DNA of 64,000 nt from Candidatus Saccharimonadota bacterium (GCA_017514805.1 JAFWIP010000006.1:59976-123975), one strand, 5' to 3'; shown: positions 1-8,122, counted from the stretch's first letter. Program-made: numbers and translations. Notes: generated by a model not told the origin, from the letters alone.

Positions 1-2
1 GA

Positions 3-425
3 GATACGGCGATACGGAAAAAGGAACTTAAATTAAGGATTCTTCGCGCGGAAAATGATATTGAGTCTATTACTGATACATACGTCAATGAGTGCAATGA
101 AAAACGAAAAGAAATTATTGGGAGTCGACTGGATAATCGACAAGCACAATTAGATGCAATGAAAAATGAATATCAAGAGTTAGATAGCGGCAATGAGAAA
201 AAGAAAAGCGATTTTATGAAATTTGCTTTGAACTTCGTGGACAACCTTGGCTCAAATTTTGTAAACCTTACCCCTAAAAATGCGCAAAGGTGTAAACAAA
301 TTATATTTCCACGCGGTTTTGTGATTACTCAGGAAAATAATGTTTACACCCAAGAAATCAGCCCACTTTACGGATTACGGGCAAGAAAAAAATCGGATTT
401 TTCCGATAATTTTCACTCGTGGTGA
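3..425 (+). CDS. C-terminal part of a CDS that starts left of the window; coiled-coil recombinase-like tail (possible large serine recombinase)
   Basis: Frame 3 has no stop from nt 3 to TGA 423-425. It shows a charged heptad-like segment (KELKLRILRAENDIESI..RQAQLDAMKNEYQELD) and then a small C-terminal domain. There is no tyrosine-recombinase LGH..Y motif. The last 6 nt overlap the tRNA-Glu 3' end. Confidence 0.35.
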   Translation, partial: DTAIRKKELKLRILRAENDIESITDTYVNECNEKRKEIIGSRLDNRQAQLDAMKNEYQELDSGNEKKKSDFMKFALNFVDNLGSNFVNLTPKNAQRCKQIIFPRGFVITQENNVYTQEISPLYGLRARKKSDFSDNFHSW

Positions 426-496
426 TCCCGAAGGGAGTCGAACCCTTGATTTTCTGGATGAGAACCAGACGTCCTGGACCACTAGACGACGGGACC
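420..496 (-). tRNA. tRNA-Glu (anticodon CUC), CCA encoded
   Basis: Reverse complement reads GGTCCCGTCGTCTAGTGGTCCAGGACG-TCTGG-TTCTCAT-CCAGA...GGGTTCGACTCCCTTCGGGATCACCA. It has a 7-bp acceptor stem, a GGTTCGA T-loop and the anticodon loop TT-CTC-AT. Confidence 0.9.
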
Positions 497-546
497 ACTA
501 AAGTATATTTTAACAAATAATCATCATTATTGCAAATCGAGCACCA

Positions 547-852
547 CTAATTAGCGGGGCTAGAGTATCTCTTTTCCAGTTTCTCAATATTTTTCTGAAA
601 TACCTCGGACAGATCGCAATCTATCGCATGTGCCGTAATTGCTAGATACCACGCCACATCGCCGAGATCTTTTATCGTTTGCTCACGATTAATTTTACGA
701 CCAGACGAAATATTTTTAATTAACATGTCAATCGCTTCGCCAGACTCACTACAAAGCCCCATCATTCCCATCGATAGTACTTGCTGCTTATCTAGATTGC
801 CATCTAGCGTTCTTAGCGCTAACTTCTGGTATTCATCTGCATCCATACTCAT
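547..852 (-). CDS. MazG-like all-alpha NTP pyrophosphohydrolase
   Basis: EYQKLALRT..GLCSESGEAIDML..DLGDVAWYL matches the MazG-fold pattern. The track ORF (to 1035) would overlap the divergent VanZ gene. I therefore start at ATG 852, or at ATG 846, which lies 6 nt after the TATAAT at 858-853. Confidence 0.7.
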   Translation of the reverse strand: MSMDADEYQKLALRTLDGNLDKQQVLSMGMMGLCSESGEAIDMLIKNISSGRKINREQTIKDLGDVAWYLAITAHAIDCDLSEVFQKNIEKLEKRYSSPAN

Positions 853-937
853 ATTATACTGCGCCTTCCGATAAATTTGATTATCTCGGCAAAAACTAGT
901 ATAATATATAAAACCATAACAGGGAGCAAAGGCAAGC

Positions 938-1441
938 ATGAGCATTATCAAGAGATATTGGCGTATCATTTTCCCAATCTTCTTTATGGCTATCATTTGG
1001 TCTTTTTCTGCCCGTAATGGCGAAGCATCAGACATGGACTCGTCCAGCTTCGCTAACGCTGTCGGCTTCTCAAACGAATTCGCTCGTAAATTTGCTCATT
1101 TCATTCTTTACGGCGCCCTCGGCTACAGTGCTAGTTGCTTTATTAAGGGCCTTCACCCACTTACCTTCCCAAAGAGTACCCAAATCTTCTATCCAATCAT
1201 CTTGACCGTAATCTATGGCGCCCTCGACGAAGTGCATCAGCTCACCGTATCTGGCCGCAATGGTAGCGCCGAAGATGTCCTACTCGACGCATTTGCAGGT
1301 CTCGCTGGCGTATTAGCATACATTGCTTTCTTCTGTTTCTATCGCATCTGGCGCGCCAAACGCGTTGCTATTGCTGCTGCAATCGCCGAGCAGCAAGCTC
1401 AAGCCGAATTAGATATCATAGAAAAAAGCGTCCAGGAATAA
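938..1441 (+). CDS. VanZ-like membrane protein
   Basis: Four TM segments. FAHFILYGALG and GALDEVHQL..GRNGSAEDVLLDAFAG are typical VanZ motifs. Confidence 0.7.
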   Translation: MSIIKRYWRIIFPIFFMAIIWSFSARNGEASDMDSSSFANAVGFSNEFARKFAHFILYGALGYSASCFIKGLHPLTFPKSTQIFYPIILTVIYGALDEVHQLTVSGRNGSAEDVLLDAFAGLAGVLAYIAFFCFYRIWRAKRVAIAAAIAEQQAQAELDIIEKSVQE

Positions 1442-1508
1442 CCAGAACGCATCATACTTATATTCTATCACACTTTACATTTTTTGTCAAGTCTGCTAAA
1501 ATTATAGT

Positions 1509-2813
1509 ATGAAATTACCGGTAGTAGCAATCATCGGCCAGACCAACGCTGGCAAATCTAGTCTCTTTAATCGCCTCGTCCACAAGGCGACGGCTATTGT
1601 TGCGCGCGAAGCTGGTACAACTCGCGACAATGTCGTTAGTAAAGTCGATAACCAGTACGTCCTCGTCGACACCGCCGGCCTCAAAGACCCGGACGACGAG
1701 TTCGAGGCTCATATTCAAGACCAAATCGAAGATGCCGTCGCTAGCGCCGACCTCATTCTCCTCGCACTCGACAGTAGTAAATACCCAGATCATAACGACA
1801 AGATGATCGCAAAGAAAGCTTTTAAATCCGGTAAGCCAATTCTTTTCCTACTCAACAAATCCGACCTCGGCGAATCACTTCCAGACGAAGAGTTTCTTAC
1901 TCTTGGCGCCAAACAGCCAATCCGCGTCTCAGCCACAACTGGCATGGGCCTCAATGAGCTTCGCGGCAAAATTCTCGCCGAACTAAAAGGCCTCGGCTTT
2001 AATACTCAAAAGAGAGAAGAGAAGCCCGATGATCGCATCAAAATTGCCCTTATTGGCCGCCCAAACGTCGGCAAATCCAGTCTTTTTAATTCTATGGCTC
2101 AGAAGCAACAAGCCGTCGTTGCTAATCTCGCCGGCACGACTCGCGACGTCAACCGCACCGAGATTCGTTATAAAGGTCGCACTATCGAATTACTAGACAC
2201 CGCTGGCCTCCGCAAGCCAGGCAAACGCGAAGTAGGTATCGAGAAATTCAGCGCTCTCCGCAGCCTCGCCGCTATTGAAGAGGCCGATATTTGCTGTATG
2301 CTCGTCGATAGCACTGAACCGCATTCTAAGCTCGATCAGAGCCTTGCTGGCCAGATCGTCGATGCCGGCAAAGGTATTATTCTCGTCGTTACGAAGACTG
2401 ATCTCGAGCACAAAGATACCGACGAAATCCTCGATAATCTCGAATATGATTTTAATTTCATTCCATATGCTCCAGTCGTCATGACCTCTAGTGTCACCGG
2501 TAAGAACGTCACTAAGATTTTTGAGCTTGCAACCCAAATCGATCGCGCTCGCCATGCCGAGCTAAAAACTTCCGATCTCAACAAACTCCTCACCGATGCC
2601 GTTAATTCACATCCACCTGCAGGTCTCAAGAATACTCATCCAAAGCTTCGCTATATGGTCCAGACCGACACTTGCCCGCCATGGTTCGTCGTCTACGGTA
2701 GCAACCTCAGCCTCCTTCACTGGAGTTACAAACGCTATCTCGAGCGTCGCCTCCGTGAGAGCTTTGATTTTGGCGGCACGCCAATCTTCTTCTCCTTCCG
2801 CAACCGCGACTAA
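1509..2813 (+). CDS. der: ribosome-associated GTPase Der/EngA
   Basis: Two tandem GTPase domains (GQTNAGKSSLFN..DTAG; GRPNVGKSSLFN..DTAG..TKTD) plus a KH-like C-terminus. Confidence 0.95.
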   Translation: MKLPVVAIIGQTNAGKSSLFNRLVHKATAIVAREAGTTRDNVVSKVDNQYVLVDTAGLKDPDDEFEAHIQDQIEDAVASADLILLALDSSKYPDHNDKMIAKKAFKSGKPILFLLNKSDLGESLPDEEFLTLGAKQPIRVSATTGMGLNELRGKILAELKGLGFNTQKREEKPDDRIKIALIGRPNVGKSSLFNSMAQKQQAVVANLAGTTRDVNRTEIRYKGRTIELLDTAGLRKPGKREVGIEKFSALRSLAAIEEADICCMLVDSTEPHSKLDQSLAGQIVDAGKGIILVVTKTDLEHKDTDEILDNLEYDFNFIPYAPVVMTSSVTGKNVTKIFELATQIDRARHAELKTSDLNKLLTDAVNSHPPAGLKNTHPKLRYMVQTDTCPPWFVVYGSNLSLLHWSYKRYLERRLRESFDFGGTPIFFSFRNRD

Positions 2814-2913
2814 TTCTATGCTACAATAATCATAAGTGGGCACCTCAATAGTGGCGCCCATTTTTGTAACTTTAAATCTTATGGAATTATACGCATAGAA
2901 GGAGGGAACGCCT

Positions 2914-4518
2914 ATGCTACAAGAACTCAATGATGGCGGAAGATACGTCCTCAATCTTGACGTGGCGATTACCATGCCAAAGATTCTCGATATTCGAGAA
3001 AAGCCAGTTGCCAAGGAATTAATCATTCCTTTCGACGTTTTTAATTCTAAACTCTTCGAATGGAAGGACGAAAACAATGATCGTGGCGCCGCTTCAATGG
3101 AGCTTGCTATCTATCTACAAAAAATCGCAAGCAAAGCAGAAATTGACAAGAATAATAAGTGGAAAAAGTCAGTACTGAAATACACTTTCCCAACTGGCGA
3201 AATCATTTATCTTGACCCGATCAATCACAACTGTCCGTCTAAACGAAGCACGTTGCGCACGATTGCTTGCGCAAAAGCATGGGATGCAACTCTCGTTACA
3301 TTCGATGCAAGCGTCTATAACATCGTCGCAGAAGACGAGAAGGCCAAGGCACTCTTTATCGTCGTGAAGCCATACAAAGGCTATCGTATTGTTAAGCTCC
3401 CAATTGACTGTCACGCACGTTGGCTGAACAAAGGTTTTACAGATGAAGACTGGGCTAAGTATTTCGAGGACGAAGGACCACTTCATCCGAACGAATTCGT
3501 TGAATTCATATTTCAGGCTCCGGCGAACCGGCCTAACAGGTTCAATAACATCGGTATGTACAACGACGCAACTCATCACCTTGACCATCTTCAGACAATC
3601 AATCAATGGCCGATTATGCCAATTGGCGCACGCCAAGCAATGGCCTTCGAGGCAATTTATCAAGACACCGATCGCATAACGGCAGTATTCCTCGTCGGAA
3701 AAGGCGGTAGCGGCAAGACATTTAGTGAGGCAACCGTCGCCATAACAGAATCTAATGAACTCAAGGATGCTAGCGATTACTACGAAGAACCGACTAAAAA
3801 ATCCACCGAGCGCAAAGAGCAGCAACGCCAAAAGAGCAAACAGAGAAAGTCCGAACGGCGAGCCACAAGGGAAGAGCAACAACTCTTAGCAAGCATGACA
3901 GAAGAGGAAATGCAGAGCTACTTCGAGAAAAAGGAGAAGTCTGACTGCAAAACTACATATTATGCATCAAATGCCGACAAAGAGTATCAGAAATCTAAGC
4001 GCAATTGTCTCTACAAGCAAGTCTACATCTGCCCACCGGACAAAATGCTTGGCGATAAACAACCAGCGCTTCCTGGTGGCGAATTCGAAAAACGCCGCAG
4101 TAAGATTCATGGCTTTACCGCCAATTGCGAAACGGTTCTAAGAATACTACATCCGGATCTCTCCTATCGCGACGCAAGCATGCGAACGGAGAGCTTTCTT
4201 AGAAGATGTATAATTATTGCACCAGGCGAGACTAACGGAGACGATATTAGCGACGCATTGTTCATCTTAGACGAAGCGCAATTTATGCAGCTCAGCCAGA
4301 TACGTATGAGCATTCAGCGAATCAATCAAAACGCAAAGATTCTTATCAGCGGTGATCCGACACAGAGAATGAATCAATATGGCGCCGCCGATAACGCACT
4401 TAGTAAGGCAGTTGAAATATGTAAGTATCATCCGCATATAGCAATCATTACCTTCGATAAGGGCGATGAGATTCAGCGTCCAGGCGCACGAATCATCGAC
4501 GAATGCTGGCCAGAATAA
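2914..4518 (+). CDS. PhoH-like P-loop ATPase with PIN-like N-terminal region (PhoH2/YlaK-type) and a large charged insertion
   Basis: Walker A is VGKGGSGKT. Other motifs are LPGGEFEKR, Walker B FILDEAQFM, ISGDPTQ and a C-terminal IQRPGARII. GGAGGG SD lies upstream. About 130 aa of K/E/R/Q-rich sequence is inserted after Walker A. Confidence 0.7.
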   Translation: MLQELNDGGRYVLNLDVAITMPKILDIREKPVAKELIIPFDVFNSKLFEWKDENNDRGAASMELAIYLQKIASKAEIDKNNKWKKSVLKYTFPTGEIIYLDPINHNCPSKRSTLRTIACAKAWDATLVTFDASVYNIVAEDEKAKALFIVVKPYKGYRIVKLPIDCHARWLNKGFTDEDWAKYFEDEGPLHPNEFVEFIFQAPANRPNRFNNIGMYNDATHHLDHLQTINQWPIMPIGARQAMAFEAIYQDTDRITAVFLVGKGGSGKTFSEATVAITESNELKDASDYYEEPTKKSTERKEQQRQKSKQRKSERRATREEQQLLASMTEEEMQSYFEKKEKSDCKTTYYASNADKEYQKSKRNCLYKQVYICPPDKMLGDKQPALPGGEFEKRRSKIHGFTANCETVLRILHPDLSYRDASMRTESFLRRCIIIAPGETNGDDISDALFILDEAQFMQLSQIRMSIQRINQNAKILISGDPTQRMNQYGAADNALSKAVEICKYHPHIAIITFDKGDEIQRPGARIIDECWPE

Positions 4519-4540
4519 TTCCAGGCACTTTTCAAACAAC

Positions 4541-4571
4541 AAAAAGCCAGAGCTTTACGCCCTGGCTTTTT
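4541..4571. terminator. bidirectional intrinsic terminator between convergent genes
   Basis: AAAAAGCCAG-agctttacgc-CCTGGCTTTTT: a hairpin flanked by an A-run and a T-run. Confidence 0.8.
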
Positions 4572-4576
4572 ACATT

Positions 4577-6508
4577 TTACCACTCTAGAATATATGGATC
4601 TGATAATGTTCCAGTGCCAGACTGGACATAAGTATCATGAATTAACGCAAGGACAGGGCGCAATCCAGCCGATGCAGTCGCATCCGTCCAGTTTAAGCTG
4701 CCGCTCGAGCCATTCAAATAAACTACGTTATAGCTCCAAGCAACCGCCGCCGTAAGCATCCATTCATTAGACGATGAGTAGAGATAATGTGTCTCATAGG
4801 CGTCGTTATTATTGTATCTCGGCGAGAAAGAGTAACCGTCTTTATCAAAGAGACTACCAGAGAAGCCCATGCCGCCAAGTGTATACTCATCCGCTGTCGG
4901 TAGAGCAATCGGATAAGTTAAATCGCCATTACCATTTGCCTCGCTCACTGTAAATTTATCTACACTTCGGCGGCAATCAATGTTAGGTACCGGCGTTCTA
5001 TCGTTATCCGTACCGCCCATGCGTACCCAGCCACCATAGTTTAAGATATAGCCCATTGTTGGATCGATATCGCTAAGACCGCCATGCAAGATTGAGCGAT
5101 CATTACAGTAGATAACGTCTGCAATCTTATCGCGATTTTCAGTAATATTATTTTCATACCAAGTATCAACATTGGTCTTCGCCGCCGAGTCTACATCATT
5201 CCTTTCCATCGCGGCAAGCGCATCTTCAATCGTATCGCCATTTTTCAAGACGATTGCCTTACCGTTATTTACATCATCCATGTAGTTATACTGATAATAG
5301 ACATTCGTACAGGACATCTCCCCCGACGAACGACAGTGGTATGGATATTGCCTAATACGCGTATCTGGGCCCGAATATGTGCCATTCGTACGGACCGGAT
5401 TGACGAGATTATATTTCGTCCCATCCCATTCAACTGCATCACTCATATAATACGCATAATACGTACCTTGTCCACCTGCGCCAGTAATATTCGAGAAATC
5501 CGTCTCATAATGCTTATTACTCATCATATAGCCGTGATTTATAACGTCATAATAGTAATTCTGAAGCGAGGCGGAACCAATCGAGAAATTGTTACGCGTT
5601 CCAGGGCAGACGCCATCAGAATACTCGCCAGAATAAAGTAACTTTACGCTACCGCCCTCGGCCGTACGCAGAATCCTCCAGCAAAAGTTATTGAATACGA
5701 CCACATTATTATCTACTTCACCGCGGAAGTAATAGACTGGATAATCATCATTTTGATGCGACGCAAGCGTATTGACGCCATTTCCGTTGCCAACCACTCT
5801 TGATGCATTCTGACCAAAGTCAACATTTGTATCTACGCCATTCGTCTGATGCGCAACAATATCATAAAGCGTATCGCGAGCCGCTATCATCTCTTCATCA
5901 CTCATCTGGAAGGTAATATATAGATGGTAATTTGCCTCTGCATATTCATTCGGCATCGACTCGCCAGCCTGGCCATCGACGCTATAGCGAATCTCGCCAA
6001 CCGTATTTACTTCACAGTTAAATGTAACAGATTTCAAAAGCGAAAGCGTAGATTCGTCCTTAGCGAGCGTCGTCTTGTAATAATACCAACCATCGCTCTT
6101 CAACTCCCAACTGTCATCATTCTGCGTATTTATAACCGCATAGTGTTTCTCGACGCCATTATCATTCCAGGTCAAAGCTAGGTCAGAGGTCGAATGGTCA
6201 TCAGTAGGCGTTTGCGTATTTTTCGTGCGCCAATATTCATTAATCTTCATACGCACATAGCGCGGAGTGTCATTCTTATTTGTCGCGACCGCAGTCTTTG
6301 GGATCTCCTGACATGGCTGCCAATCATCTGGAGAATCAAAGGTCTCCGAGAATTCTACGACATCATCTTTAGCACGAAAGATGTTCGCAAAGAACATACT
6401 ATCTTGATGATATGCAATCGTACCTACGATTGTTAATGTGACTAATGAGACGCCAGCAATAGCTAACGTACGCTTCTTTTTAAGCGAAAGATTCTTGAAA
6501 CGCTTCAT
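4577..6508 (-). CDS. secreted or surface protein: SipW-type signal plus TasA/camelysin-like N-domain, with a DUF6273-like C-terminal module
   Basis: The N-terminus KKKRTLAIAGVSLVTLTIVGTIAYHQDS resembles the SipW-cognate signal (GT.AYF.D). PRYVRMKI is TasA-like. The C-terminus LPTADEYTLGG...AGLRPVLAL...GTGTLSDPY matches the DUF6273-type pattern. Confidence 0.55.
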   Translation of the reverse strand: MKRFKNLSLKKKRTLAIAGVSLVTLTIVGTIAYHQDSMFFANIFRAKDDVVEFSETFDSPDDWQPCQEIPKTAVATNKNDTPRYVRMKINEYWRTKNTQTPTDDHSTSDLALTWNDNGVEKHYAVINTQNDDSWELKSDGWYYYKTTLAKDESTLSLLKSVTFNCEVNTVGEIRYSVDGQAGESMPNEYAEANYHLYITFQMSDEEMIAARDTLYDIVAHQTNGVDTNVDFGQNASRVVGNGNGVNTLASHQNDDYPVYYFRGEVDNNVVVFNNFCWRILRTAEGGSVKLLYSGEYSDGVCPGTRNNFSIGSASLQNYYYDVINHGYMMSNKHYETDFSNITGAGGQGTYYAYYMSDAVEWDGTKYNLVNPVRTNGTYSGPDTRIRQYPYHCRSSGEMSCTNVYYQYNYMDDVNNGKAIVLKNGDTIEDALAAMERNDVDSAAKTNVDTWYENNITENRDKIADVIYCNDRSILHGGLSDIDPTMGYILNYGGWVRMGGTDNDRTPVPNIDCRRSVDKFTVSEANGNGDLTYPIALPTADEYTLGGMGFSGSLFDKDGYSFSPRYNNNDAYETHYLYSSSNEWMLTAAVAWSYNVVYLNGSSGSLNWTDATASAGLRPVLALIHDTYVQSGTGTLSDPYILEW

Positions 6509-6603
6509 TTTTTTTGACCTGTTTTATTTGACCTTTTTATTTAATATAAAACTTACGCTTATTTTACCTCAATGATGCTGTAGTTGTCAAGATACGCTAT
6601 AAT

Positions 6604-7131
6604 ATGGATATGAAAATCATTTTCGGTTTTGGCAATCCAGGCGCCAAATACAATTTTACGCGCCACAATTTCGGCTTCCTAGCCCTAGATTTTTATGCCA
6701 AAATCAATAATCTTACCTGGATAGAGAAGAGTAAATGGCATGCCATTATCGCCGAAGACAAAGAGCACGATCGCATCTTTGTAAAGCCACAAACCTTTTA
6801 TAACGACCAGGGCATGTGCGCTCGCGCCATCTGTGACTTCTATAAAATCGTGCCACAGGACATTCTCGTACTCTGTGATGATTTCAACCTTCCATTCGGC
6901 ACGCTTCGTTTTCGCGAGCGAGGAAGCGACGGCGGCAACAATGGCCTAAAGTCGCTCATTCAACACCTCGGCACGAACGACTTTCCACGCTACCGCCTCG
7001 GATCTGGCAACGATCAGCTTCGCCAGCAGCTCGGAGACGTCAATTTCGTCCTCAGCAAGTTCACGCCAAACGAACACGAAGAATTGCCACAAATCCTTCG
7101 CGAAATCGCCGATTTTGTGTCAAAATATTGA
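6604..7131 (+). CDS. pth: peptidyl-tRNA hydrolase
   Basis: FGFGNPGAKYNFTRHNFGF and LCDDFNLPFG..RFR..GSDGGNNGLKS are Pth motifs. The alternative start ATG 6610 lies 6 nt after the TATAAT at 6598-6603. Confidence 0.93.
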   Translation: MDMKIIFGFGNPGAKYNFTRHNFGFLALDFYAKINNLTWIEKSKWHAIIAEDKEHDRIFVKPQTFYNDQGMCARAICDFYKIVPQDILVLCDDFNLPFGTLRFRERGSDGGNNGLKSLIQHLGTNDFPRYRLGSGNDQLRQQLGDVNFVLSKFTPNEHEELPQILREIADFVSKY

Positions 7132-7261
7132 TTTTTGCCACATTTTATAACATTTTTTAAAAAAATAACAATAAGCGTAATCGCCTCTGTTAAATAAGCA
7201 TAAACAGGGGTAGAAAAATGCCAAAAATCCCTTGTTTTTATAAAAAAGTGTGTAAAAAGTA

Positions 7262-7290
7262 TTGACTTTTACGCAAATAGGTGCTAAAAT
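7262..7290 (+). promoter_or_regulatory. near-consensus sigma70-type promoter with extended -10
   Basis: TTGACT (7262-7267), a 17-nt spacer ending in TGc, then TAAAAT (7285-7290). No CDS follows on this strand. Confidence 0.7.
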
Positions 7291-7296
7291 GAGTAC

Positions 7297-7598
7297 AGTT
7301 TTAACCAAATTGGTTAAGTACTGCACCTAAATAATCTATAACTTTGTTAAAACATTCGTGTTTTAACAATTGTTGCGTGCTATAGAAACCCATTCGGCCT
7401 TCAAATTTCTTCTATATAGTTTGAAGTGAAAAGTATTACCTCCACTTAGAATGCAAGTTTCTATGGCTAGCAACCCCTTTAAACCGGCGGACCCCATTTG
7501 TGTGAGGTGGGTCGCGCTTCCGTCTTCCGGTACCATCAAAGGTGTGTTTAAAGGGTTTAAAAACCCCAGGTGATGCCCACCCTTACCTGGGGTTTTTT
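7297..7598 (+). ncRNA. candidate orphan structured RNA (~300 nt), class unknown
   Basis: It lies between the promoter at 7262-7290 and the hairpin plus T6 at 7564-7598. Nested helices are 7292-7296/7318-7322, 7346-7354/7359-7367, 7379-7389/7457-7467, 7399-7405/7420-7426 and 7475-7484/7546-7555. Confidence 0.45.
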
Positions 7599-7609
7599 GA
7601 CGCTTAAAA

Positions 7610-8095
7610 TTATTCGACAATATACGGGTCAGTCGCTAAGCCTGAGCCGCTCGCAACTTCCGTGCCAGCCTTGAGGGAAACCATCGGACGCAATCCTCCC
7701 ACTCCGCTATATGAGCTATAGTTGCTAACGGTACTATAGCCAAGTTCCCACCCCCAATTAAATTCGCTCGCTGAGCCGTCAAAGACGAACGGCGAAATGG
7801 ACCAATCATACCATCTGCCATCCGAATTTGCGAGATAAGAAGTCTTGGCATCCGTATAAATAGTGCCAGCCAACGTCAATTCATCGGCAGTAATAAGACC
7901 GACTTTGTGTCGCAATTTTCCATTGCCATTGGCTAAATCTTTCGTGAAGGCATCATTGTCAAACCCAATAGCCCAATCGCCGAAACGGCAATAATCGTAC
8001 TTTTCTTTCGGGAAAGCATCGATTTTATTTGACCTCCAAAATACTTCTGCTTTTATTATAGCCCATATTCTGCCATTAGCGTAAGAACTTTTCAT
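7610..8095 (-). CDS. truncated paralog of the C-terminal module of the 4577-6508 protein (possible gene remnant)
   Basis: ANGNGKLRHKVGLITADELTLAG...GVGGLRPMVSLKAGTEVASGSGLATDPY aligns with ANGNGDLTYPIALPTADEYTLGG...AGLRPVLAL..GTGTLSDPY. There is no signal peptide. The track ORF extension to 8437 overlaps topA. Confidence 0.5.
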   Translation of the reverse strand: MKSSYANGRIWAIIKAEVFWRSNKIDAFPKEKYDYCRFGDWAIGFDNDAFTKDLANGNGKLRHKVGLITADELTLAGTIYTDAKTSYLANSDGRWYDWSISPFVFDGSASEFNWGWELGYSTVSNYSSYSGVGGLRPMVSLKAGTEVASGSGLATDPYIVE

Positions 8096-8122
8096 GAAAA
8101 AAGAATGTGTTATTATATAGCA

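Noticed and set aside
547-1035. N-terminal extensions offered by the ORF track: 547-1035, 7610-8437, 8105, 12104, 20350-21492, 39363-39965, 49227-50129 and 61209.
   Set aside because: The extensions overlap divergent genes, terminators or promoters. Internal ATGs have proper SD or -10 spacing and give N-termini that match the protein families.
7497-7510. A 13-nt identity, TTTGTGTGAGGTGG, shared with 33347-33360, which might link the two non-coding regions.
   Set aside because: Dozens of 13-mer coincidences are expected in 64 kb when both strands are considered, and no extended similarity surrounds the match.
7509-7535. An SRP (4.5S) RNA-like string on the minus strand: GGUACCGGAAGACGGAAGCGCG compared with the canonical GGUCCGGAAGGAAGCAGC.
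   Set aside because: The GGAA tetraloop would be closed by mismatches. The invariant GGAAGCAGC spacing is broken by extra bases. No promoter precedes it on that strand, and it sits directly after a CDS terminator.
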